DNA of 64,000 nt, taken from Curvularia clavata (lineage: Eukaryota). How positions within the stretch are numbered: the first letter of the stretch is position 1; every line of letters begins with the position of its first letter. The notes beneath the pieces are model-generated. The model made no database searches. It saw only the letters and a program-made list of their open reading frames with translations, and was not told the DNA's origin. This document shows positions 53,646 through 64,000 of this stretch, in pieces. Made by a program: the position numbers and the translations under genes. Where the stretch lies: assembly GCA_023920165.1 (NCBI GenBank), contig CP089275.1, forward strand, positions 3,286,001 to 3,350,000, given 5' to 3'.

Positions 53646-55869
53646 CTCTGTTTCACCAACAGTTTTGTATAACATGGTTGGTCTATATCAAAAGCAGGTC
53701 CGATCGGTCCTAATGGCAATAGACTTTCGGTAAAGCCAAGTTCCATCTCCCGCTCAATGCGCTACTGGCCCAATGGGCCGAATCGCTATGGTCCACAGAT
53801 TGAACAGTTTTTTTGCCTGTAGATCTTAACCTTTTCCCCTAGTCAATCGGCAGTTCTGACTGAAGGTTAGTGGGAAAAGAAGGCAAGGGTATTACGCTTG
53901 GTATGGTAGGTAAGTGCGTGGATCGTGAGCACAAGCATTTTCTACGCTAGTAAGGATCATGTCATCATGACATGGCGCAAGTGTTTTGTCTAAATTACCG
54001 AAGCTTACAGAATAGAGTAGAGAAGAAAAAAACATAGTTTGTATACCTACTTGTGGTTCTCACCTGTCGAACATCGGATTCAGTAAAAAGATCCAACGTT
54101 ACTATCCGAGACCGTCCGTGCCTTTCTTTCCCCTCACAAACACAAGAAAATCTGCTTCTGGGAGCCACTGATGCTCTCTTCATATGCAGTTTAGTACTGG
54201 AAATCATGCCTCCGGTTACGCAATCTTCTCAAGTATCCAGTCTAAATATACACACTTGAACATACACCGAATGTAACTGTACACCTGTGCCGAATAACAA
54301 GCCTCAAACTCTAAAATACGAGGCTTATTTTTCGTCTCGATGCCATCAGTTCATCATCGGCCAGACTCAAGGCAGAGTGTTTCAGCGATTGAATGGGGCA
54401 AGATCGGAGCAAAGAGGGGGAAGGACCCGCTAAGCAAAACGGTGGCTCTCGCTAAGTAAGCTAGTACAAAAAGGAATAGTGAATTACCAACAGGATGAAT
54501 GAGGGGATCAAGGATTTCTAACTCATTAGCGAAAATAGAATACGCATAGTCGCAAGCATTAAAGGAAGATTGGACCAATCACGGCTAGGCCGACAACAGC
54601 AGGAAGCGCCATGAAGATTTAGTTTCGGGATGCTTCTTTGGGCTGTGTACTTACAGTTTGTGGGATAGCAGCGTGTCGCGTGAGTAGTTATGTATAGTGA
54701 CTTGTTTCGAAAGACCCCCAAAAAGGCAATAACGGCCGTGAAGGGGAGGGAGCAAGGGATATAGTCTTACCGCGTACACATCCCTGAATCGGCAGGTCTA
54801 TGTACTTGATCCTCGACAAGGGTTTGAAGCTTTTGAGAAGATATGATCAGATACTATCAATTGTAAAGGGCCGTTGATTGTTCCTTGGGAATGTCGACCG
54901 ACGATGGTGGTTAGTGAGGAACTTATAGAAGAAGAAGAAGAAACCAAGCTCCATTTCATGGGATGTCATCTCCTCCTCCGAAATGTTTAGAGAAAGCCTG
55001 GTAACGGGCTAAGTCAGTTAGCAGCTAGATACTACGTCAGAAAACCAGGCAACGAGATTGCGGACATGCCCCTGTCGCTCGTTGTGTGGAGATTTTTTTT
55101 TGTACAGACGTACGTTGCAAGGGTGGGACCGAGGCAAGGGTCCCTACATCGACGCATGTAAGTAGTATGCATGCATGTGAAGCACCAACGGGTCAGGCTA
55201 GGCTGTCCCCAAGGCAGAAAGGAGACCAGAACAGATTGGGAGCAAAAGAAACTGGGACCAAGTGGTTTTTATTTTTGTTACGCATGTTTCCCGTTCGTGA
55301 AAGTGGGCCTAGGTTGGATTTGGTGCAGCCCTTCCCGGCGCCATGGGCCGATAGATGGGTTGCCTGAGGTGTCTGTCTGTCTAATGGGCTTCGGGGGATT
55401 GGCGACCAGCGACGTTGGTTGAGTAGAGGTACGTAAAGGGGGGACCATGTAATTAGCCAAGTTTAGCCTTCCGTGAGGCGTTCCATGTACTCGGGGCCGC
55501 GAGGCTGTGCGTTGCGCTAGCCAATCGGCTGCCACGTCAAACTAGACCTTGCTGCACATCTTTCTTTCAACGCGTCCCATGCCTGTGGATTAGTAGTGCC
55601 ATAACGCAGCAAAATGATGCGATCTTTGAAACAGAACGCCTGGGTTTCTGGTGCCTAATGTTAGAGATATGCGACGACGAAATGGTAAAAGTGCGGGGAG
55701 CAGAATAGAAGTGTATGTCTTTGATTCCATGTACAAGCTTACTAGTAACATTTACAAGCACCCAAACCCGACCCTAAGCCCAAACTCTCTATTTAACCGC
55801 CTTGCACAAATCTCACCCACCCAATGCCATCCGCCTTTCCCCACTGTGATTGACCGGTTTTACACAGCC

Positions 55870-57329
55870 TCATGAATAGTAGTAAGAATGCTGAATATCT
55901 CTGGGATCCTGATACATTGCCGATGTTGTCGCATTATAATCCTGCTGACCAGATCCTGTACACGAGGGCACATGTGGCATGGTCACATATGGGGCTTGGG
56001 CCGTGGGGGCTGTGTAGGACGCGGATCGAGATAGTATTGGTTGCTGGGCAACTGGATGGCTGTTATAACCGTAGACGGAATGGTGCGCGGACGCGCCGGT
56101 GTGTAGCGAGGGTGACGAAGGATGCATGTACGGGCTCGGTTGATTCCATGACGGCGGTGCATTCGAGGACAGCAGTGGTGGCTGAGCATATCCATATTGA
56201 GGCATAGCGGTTAAGGGTTGATGCATGCGTGGATCGGGTACAGAGGGGGGTATGGGTACGGAGCATGCTTGTTGAGATGACCATGTTGAGTAGGCGTCGT
56301 TGTCGTAGCTTGACCACGAAAGGCGATCCCCTCTCCGTGACGATAACTGTAGTAGAGGATCATACACTGTGGGATTAGGGGAGAGATAACCGTCGTCTTC
56401 GGCGTAGCTTGCTGTTGGAGCTGGTGTGCTGCAATCAGATGGAGAGCTTGGGGCGTTGGCGAGAGTGATGCCTTGATTTTGATATCGCCGTACAAGAACT
56501 GTGTAGCTACAGATTGTTAGTGGGACATCTCAAACCTGCCTGCAAGTAACCCACCGATTTTTGATGTCGTTTTTTGACCTTTCTGGGAAGTACTCTCGCT
56601 GGATATCTTTCCAATGGCGCCCGAGTCGCTGGACTGCATCAATGAGCTCATTGTCCTGACAAGATACGTTAGCACATATGAACCGTCAAGATCTTCTCAG
56701 ATTGTTGCAAACCGACATCGTTGTCACGCCATTCACTACGGTCTAGAGCTGGGTCGAGGGACTGTTGCCATCGTTTTGCACATTCTGTGTACCTGTCAGT
56801 AGAACTCGACTTTGGAAGAACACAAGATTACATACGATCGGCGCTTCTTGTTCCTACGCAGCTTGCCACTACTGTCCATCTGATAATCGTCTGTCAGCCC
56901 CAGTATAGATGCTCTGACTATGGAATCCCACTTTTGGCCGTATTTTTCAACTCCTCTCGAGAGTAGATTATCTTCACTCTTCGACCACTGTCCCTTCTTG
57001 AGACCCCCTGCTACCGAGTTATGCCATCGTTTTCGGCAGTCTTTGTTTGTTCGTCCTGGGAGGTTGTCGGCGATTCTGCACCTGTGTAGCAGGTCAGACA
57101 GGAAGCTCTAGTTCCTGTAGCCAAAACATACCAATCTTTGACTTCCCCTTCTCTCACTACAAGAGTCAGCTACTGGTCGATACAGCATGCGCGGAATTGT
57201 GCCTTTTAACCACAGAGCAATACAAATCTTGTAACAGAATCGAGGCTTACATTGCGCTTCAACACCCTCTCGTAGCTTTTGATCTTCTGACGGTGACCAC
57301 TTCCTAGGAGGATTGTTGTAAGATTCCAT
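55870..57329 (-). CDS. Three-repeat Myb-like DNA-binding transcription factor (6 introns)
   Basis: Spliced product: KWSPSEDQKL..DWCRIADNLPGRTNKDCRKRW; KGQWSKSEDNLL..RWTVVASCVGTRSADQCAKRW; SEWRDNDDNEL..HWKDIQ..RSKNDIKNRY. Joins in frame to the Pro/Ser/Tyr-rich ORF 55870-56367. Confidence 0.9.
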
Positions 57330-58930
57330 TGGTGCTTCAAGGGGTTAAATCGCGACACGTTTTGTGAGGTGACTTGGGCGAAATGAGGCACAGCGAAGCA
57401 AAGGGATTTGACGAAAGATGGAGTCCAAAGAGTGAATGCTTTGGTAGAACAGTTGAGCCCAGAATAAAATAATTCAAAAGTGGAAACATGAAGGCATAGC
57501 AAGTGACAATGACCAAGTGTATCCGGCCTTACATGGTGAAGGACTTGCCCCGGTTTTAAGGTGCAGACAGTCTAATGATGGCCAGAATCTTGGCGGGCCA
57601 GGTACTTGGGCTACGACGGAGGGTAGACGGGACAGGATAGCGAAGAAGTCCCTTGCCAAGATGTACTGTTCCATCTGGCACCTGTATCTGGCTAGCGAGG
57701 GCGTTGACTAGGTAGTCATGTTGAAACTGTTCGATGATAGATTACCCTTGTAGCGGGAAGGGGGCTTTGTCCATCATGACGCATGCGCATGGTGCTAATG
57801 CATCGTCCGGCGGGTCACTATGGGAGGGTGTACAGCCCCAAGGATTCTAGAAAGGGTTGGTGGCCTGTAAGGAATAGTTGCATGGGCTAGGTATTCACCG
57901 CTAAACGAACCGAGGAACATCACAACTTTAGCTGCCGGACAGAATGAGCTTATTGCTCCACGAGCCGTGCCCAAAGCAGCCGGGGCCTTCATCGGAGGGT
58001 ACGCGTCTGATGCTAATGCGTTTCTCGGTAGCTGCCCATATGCAGGCTGCAGGTTGATGCCATGGAATCCCTGTCCATGAAAATGACTGTGATTGGCCTG
58101 CAAGCAACAAGACAAGATGACATCGTGAATGATACAAGCAAGATATCCTGCTCGCAATGAGAGATGGTCCTCGAGAGTGAGCTCAGGGATATCGACCAGT
58201 GCATCGGTATCACTGGAGCCCGAGTTGCGACCTGTAGGCTGACAGGGATAAGCACTCGACAACATTAACGGGATCAGCTGGCTGAGAAGTTCTAACGGCG
58301 CGCTGCGATAGTCAAGAGTCGATCACTGTGCGCCCAATCCCCATTTTACCTTGGTGCGCATCACAGGGGCCAGTCAAAAACACAGCATAGGTGTCGCGCC
58401 GAAGTCCCCTGCATTGCGCGCGGAATGCCCGAACAAGCTATCGCAGGACTTTACGGGTGTCGCAATCCATCTGGAGGAATAAATATTTTGTTCATATATT
58501 TTTACATTCAATCTATGTCGTAACAGCGTACGCAGTACAGACTGAGAGTTTGGCTGCATTAGGTAGGCGTTCGTTACAGAGTCGGATGTTATGACTCGAC
58601 GTACGAGCAGCCATTTTCCAAGACCCTAGAGAACAAGGTTGGGGACAAAGCCACACGCCTCTAGTGCGGGGGAACTGATCTGGTTGACGATGCGGCGCCA
58701 TGGAAAAGTGGATGTCGTTTTCATTCCACAGTAGCCACCACGTGACTGTAGAAGACTAGGATAGTCTGTCCAATGCTGTCCCACGGGACACTCAGTCTCC
58801 TACTCCTCTTCGCAAGGAGGTCCTCCCCCCTAAAGCCAATTACCCCTTGTTGCTAAGGCTGAAGGCAAGGCTGAGTGGGCAACTTGTCACAACGGCAATC
58901 ACATATGCTCAGGCTTGGGGAGCACGTGCT

Positions 58931-59714
58931 TCAGGTTTTGCCCATAAGCCTTTGTGCTTTGGCGAGCAGAACAGTACTCTCACGACCCAGCTTTCTCTGA
59001 CCATTTGGACCACCTCTTGCCTTTGCCATTGTCTTTCTGAAGCGCTCTCGTTCAGCAGCCTTCTTTGCACGCTCCCTCTCTGCCTCTTCGCGCGCCTTGT
59101 GGCGTGCCTCAGCCTCCTCTCTCTTCTTTTGGGCTAATTCGCTCTCTTTCTGGAAGGGCTGGGGGCGTGGCCGTCGCTGGCGTCGCTGGTAACTTTGCTG
59201 GTGCTCTGGTTCAGGCGAATTTTCCTCGAGCAGGGCAACACGGTCTGGGTGCGGCTCTAGCGTAGGTTCGGGAGCAGGCTCCAGAGACTGCTGGTTGGCA
59301 TTGTCGTCGCTAGTCTCGCGATCGTAGACAGACTTGCGCGAAGTGGCGCCTTCCTTCTCTTCTCGTGCTTTCAACTTGGCATATTGTTTCTTGATTTTGG
59401 CCTTTTCGATGAGGCTCTTCTTGATTTTTTCAACTAGGCGCGCAGTTAGCGGCTGAGACTGACGGTTTGGCTTGCCACGGGGGCACGGTATGAGATTCGT
59501 ATCAGTCGCAGAGGTATCTCTGATGTATCCATGTGCAGACATTGACTGGCGTCGTAGGCGTTTGGTCTGTGACAAGGATGCGAACAGGAAGAAGCTTACT
59601 TTTTCTTCGATGCGTGCCGTCAGGCAGGTTAGCAGGCCCGATGGCGAAGCCCTTCTTCTTCTGCCTCTTCGCAGACGAGGCGGCGTCGCCCTCGTGCGGT
59701 CGTTTTACAGCCAT
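58931..59714 (-). CDS. Basic coiled-coil rRNA-processing protein, Fyv7-like (1 intron)
   Basis: [19 protein letters not shown], then after the intron [20 protein letters not shown]-terminal [14 protein letters not shown]. Confidence 0.65.
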
Positions 59715-60432
59715 TGCGCGAGGTGTCGTGGTGTCGCGGTGTCGCAAAAGTTTGGATGAGCAGCGCTAGGATGAGAAGAGCAAAAGAGGCCGCGGAGGTG
59801 CGGCGGGCTTGGCAAAGCGGAACCCGGCCAGCATCTTCGTATCGTGTTATCGTATCGTCGGCGGCGGCGGGGAGGGGAGGAGTACATGGTACATACATGT
59901 GCATTCCCGTGCCTCTTTCCAAGCGCCAGTCACACTCGTCGCATCGTAGGCACGTGCAGCCAGCAATGCCCGGAAAAGCGGTTCTTTTTTCTCGTCGTGT
60001 GACTGAATCCTGTCCCTACTTACATTGGTAGCGTCTCAGCCGGCGGGCGGTGGCACCATCGACTTTATCAGCAGCGATTAGGAAACTCGGGACAGTACAT
60101 GGCAGCGCGTCATCCGCCCTCTCCTGCGCCCCCTCTCCGCACCCTCGACTGGCCAGCTCGACGGTCTTTTGTCGCAAAACCGGGCAGCATGACGGTGCAA
60201 TGAGGCTGCGACTGGAGCCAGCGCACCCGGGTTAAACTGGAAACTCTTACTCATACCATTTCGCCGGGCCAGCAGGTGCTCCAACCGCCCCGACCCAACT
60301 CTCTACGCCATCACTGCGAACCTCCGTCCTAGTGCTCCCACACTCTCCACGAGTTTGCGCAATTCTCTTTGTATGCTCTGACTTGTTCGCCATTCGCTCC
60401 TATGCCGTCCATTGCCACCATTTGCTTCAGCC

Positions 60433-62922
60433 ATGCCCATATTTCATGAACCGAGTGACAGCCCGCGGGCGCCACCAAACGTGCCTCACCCATTGACGGC
60501 CAGCCTCCAAGCACTAGGAACCACAGATGCTCTTCTGCACCCGGGCTGTAACTGCAATATGCAAGAACAAGGCCCTGCAGCCTCTGGGTCGTCGCTCGAC
60601 GCGGATCCCGAGACTCCTAGCCAAACGCGCAAGTCATCTGTCTTTGGTCGGAAAGAGTGGATGGAGAGAATCAAGAGGACAAACAGCCCTTCATGGGCGC
60701 AATGGCACAGCGTAAGTATCCGAAAGCCTAGGGGGGGAGGATGATTGCTATGCCCATCCGCCGCACCAGTTTGCTGACCTACTTCACAGAGTGACATCAC
60801 AGGCGACCACGACTCTCCCATACGCCCAATCTCCTATGACTGCCCAAAGACACCTCTTGCTCCTTCCGCCGAGTTACATCACTCACAGACATCTTCCCCC
60901 GAACATATACGAGACCATGCAGCGGCAGGCCTAGAGATTGAGCGCCCCCGATCGGCACTGCACTCTGGAGATTTTAGGGAGAAGAGAGCAGGGCACACTT
61001 TGGGCCATGATGTCTCGTCTTCTAACTTCCTAGCAACATCTCCAGTGGTGCCATGGGATCCTTCTTTTCCATCGGCTGCGTATCATTCAAATCGCAGTGA
61101 CGTCTCATATGCGGAGCCACGCAACAGCGACAATCGCACTGCCCCGCGCTCACGGGCAACATCACGGTCGTCACTCAGTTCCATTACACTTTTGCCTCCA
61201 ACAAGCCCGCTTGTGCAACAGGCAAATAACACCGATCTGGATTTCTCTTCTAGCCCAAGCTCACGACAGGCTTCTCCAAGTCCCAATAGAAACAGCCGTC
61301 GACACACATACTCTCCTGCATCTTTCCATGGCTACCAACCCACCCAGATGACGCGCTCAGCGACTGGAACACCTGCTGCTCGTCATCTGCGCTACAGTAG
61401 CTCGATACCATACCAAGCACATCAGCCCCGGCGAGCATCGACATTTAATCAGTCGGAACCTCAGTCCTTGTCGCAAACTCCATATCTCAATCCACGGCGG
61501 CCTTCCTTCTCATCGGAAGCGTCTCCACTTCAGCACGCACCCATGGTAGGTTCATATGAAGAGTCGATTCTACGAGGACGCATGTCTACTACCCCATCGC
61601 GGCCTCTCGATTTTGTCGCCAAGATTGGCGTTCTCGGACGAGGGCAGTGCAAGTCAAGTCTCAAGTGCCCACCTCATGTCACGATTCCTTTTCCAGCAGT
61701 TTTCTACAGCTACAATACAGGAAACGGCAGAATCTCAGACAATGAGCCGAGTCCCTATGTTGGCCTGATCGATTTGGAAAATTCGTTACCAGCTCCCGAT
61801 GAAAGCAACGAACCTGGGAAACGCAAGCGACGGCATGCTGCACCCGCTCAAGACCAGGACGAATTGGACTTTCGGATACAGCTTGGTGATGAAGACAACG
61901 CACATGATGCAAAAGGAGAGCTTCGCCGAAGAGAAAAGAAAAAGCGACGATCCACATCACCAAAGGCTCCCCCTGGGGGCTGTTATCGCATCCCTCCCCA
62001 GGGCCAGCTTCAGATCGTTTTGAAAAATCCGAACAAAACAGCAGTAAAACTGTTCCTAGTCCCGTACGACGTGTCAGACATGGAGCCGGGTCAGAAAACG
62101 TTTGTCCGGCAACGCAGTTACTCAGCTGGACCCATAATAGACATGCCCGCTTCTTCGCGGAAGAACCTTGGTACCGACCGGCCAGAAGCTGCTCTCAGCG
62201 GTTCAGATGACCCCAATGATCGCCCCATTCTCCGTTATTTGATTCATCTACATATTTGTTGCCCGTCAAAAGGCCGATACTACCTATACAAGAGCATACG
62301 CGTCGTCTTCGCCAACAGAGTGCCCGATGGGAAGGAGAAACTGAGAAATGAGATCCAGCAGCCCGAGCCCAGATATAGTACTTATAAGCCGACGCGTGAC
62401 TCCCTAGCGTCACAAAAGACCTCATCTGGCGGGGCTCAGCCCACTAGTGAAGGTGATTTGCGTCGTCGTAGTTCTGGATGGCCACGCCCCTACTCACAAC
62501 AAGCGTTCGATCAGCTCGATGGCCTCAGACACCACGCACCGTTACCCCCCATAGCAGTCAAGTTCACTGGTGGTACTACAAACTCGTCTGCGTCGAACAG
62601 CTTCAACTCGCCTATGCCAGATTTGCAACCTATACCTTTCAATTTCAGCCGACTAGCTGCTATTGAGTCCCGTCCCGTCTCCCGCGATCACATGGATGTA
62701 GACCCGAAGAGTCCGTTCAGAACTCCAGTCACATCCCCAAGACCCGGTGCGAATAGCTTGGCCAGTCAAGTCGACGGTGTATTTGAGAAGCTCAACAAAG
62801 GCGATGTTGGTTATGGTGGAAATGCATTCTCTCCTATCAGTAGCCCAAACAGCCCTCCCAGTGCGGGTCTGCTGTCGCAGAAGCTACGTGGTTTGGACGT
62901 TGAGCGTAATGAGGAGGGCTGA
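60433..62922 (+). CDS. DUF4210 / chromosome-segregation-domain protein (Atos/FAM214-like), 1 intron
   Basis: IERPRSALHSGDF, MVGSYEESILRGRMS, YRIPPQGQLQIVLKNPNKTAVKLFLVPYD, LRYLIHL..YYLYKSIRVVF. Exon 2 starting at 60790 is in frame with ORF 61000. Confidence 0.8.
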
Positions 62923-63408
62923 CCGTGTTCTCGGTTGCTCAATGGCAGACGTGCAGTCTGCTTGTTTATTTTTCATTCTGCCTACTACCATTGTTTTATT
63001 CGTCTAATACCCCATTGGTGTTTATACTATGCTGGCGTTGTGGAGTGGTACTCATGCAGAGCAGGCCAATCAGCATTGTTCGCTATGTCTTGTATGTATA
63101 TAGATGATATTAATACTACTCACCTCTTTTCGACCGTATCACACTACCCAGTTCATTGAGTCAGTGCAACCGTTGGTTTCAAGATGGTGTACCTATAGCA
63201 TGTACTCGAGGATGTTAGCGCCGTTATAGGGCTTAGCGTGGATGGCGGGGCCTGCCGTTCGCAAAGAGTGACGTCGGCAATATTAATACATATATGCTCA
63301 TCCAAGCAGGAGCTTCCGGTAGCATTGTCGCACACTCGAATCCTTCAAGCTTGAAGTACCAGCTCTACATAATTTCTTTCGCCTGATATACTCCGTTGTG
63401 CTGTAGCA

Positions 63409-64000
63409 ATGGCGTCCAAACGCGCGGTTCAACTCTTCGGTGCTCGCGCAAATGCATCGGTTGTAGCACGACAGACTCCGCGATTGAGCTCTGACATTGT
63501 ACGAGCATTCAGCCTTGCATCGCGACAACATGATATATGCACTTCACAGAGAGGAGTAGCTGTGGTGGGAGGCGCACCGAGGTTGCACGTGGCACCCGTA
63601 CAGAAGAGGTGGCATTCGCAAAAGCCGGCCAACCTGAACAAAGTCTACCAGTTTGAAGATGTATGTTATTTTTTCCTCTGTTCACTGGAAATGACTAACA
63701 TATAAAGGTCCTACACATTCTCGAACACCCCTCCGACTCTCGTCTTCTCATCGACGTTCGCGAACCCCACGAGTTCGAGGCCAACACTATTCCGACTTCT
63801 ATCAACATCCCTGTCACGTCCCAGCCAGATGCGCTACTACTAAGCGAGGAAGACTTTGAAGATCGCTTTGGATTCCAGAAGCCACCCAAAGCTAAGGAGG
63901 TGGTGTTTTTCTGCAAGGCGGGAGTAAGGAGTTCGGCAGCAGCGGGCATTGCGAGACAAGCAGGGTGAGTTCAATCTTTTGTGGAATGCCGAGTTGACAC
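63409..64000 (+). CDS. Mitochondrial single-domain rhodanese (Rdl-like thiosulfate sulfurtransferase), 3' end beyond window
   Basis: Presequence, intron, then LIDVREPHEF..IPTSINIP..VVFFCKAGVRS with the active-site Cys. Confidence 0.85.

Noticed and set aside
46732..57329. Secondary-metabolite cluster suggested by ABC transporter plus Myb factor
   Set aside because: There is no PKS, NRPS, terpene synthase or tailoring enzyme nearby, and the flanking genes are housekeeping.
57795..58265. 156-aa minus-strand ORF upstream of the Myb gene
   Set aside because: It has a non-ATG start, no recognisable motif and no convincing splice structure.

Overview
Gene-dense, intron-containing genomic DNA of a filamentous ascomycete (GT-AG introns mostly 50-160 nt with CTRAC branch points; Dothideomycete/Pleosporales origin is my guess, not proven). 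About 25 mostly housekeeping protein genes: Whi5/Nrm1-family repressor (partial), ACH1, PPT1, L1-domain ribosome-biogenesis factor, Tos4-like FHA protein, Ub-L40, RRN7, eIF5A, VPS52, DUF1993, 2OG-Fe(II) oxygenase, STU1, THI4, LIM-RhoGAP, OM14-like, MIA40, RSC8/SWI3, ETF-alpha, TOK1, ABCB/MDR transporter, a 3-repeat Myb factor, FYV7-like, DUF4210/Atos-like and a rhodanese (partial). Elements missed by the ORF track include a complete TPP riboswitch in the THI4 5' intron with alternative donors and a uORF, an intron-containing tRNA-Lys(CTT), a 2-nt microexon, a six-intron Myb gene, and RIP-like degraded relics in a gene-poor 4-kb stretch next to the tRNA. I found no clearly unprecedented system. 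The best signals are post-transcriptional regulatory architectures of known classes plus a few speculative leads. All family assignments come from motif recognition by eye, not database searches.
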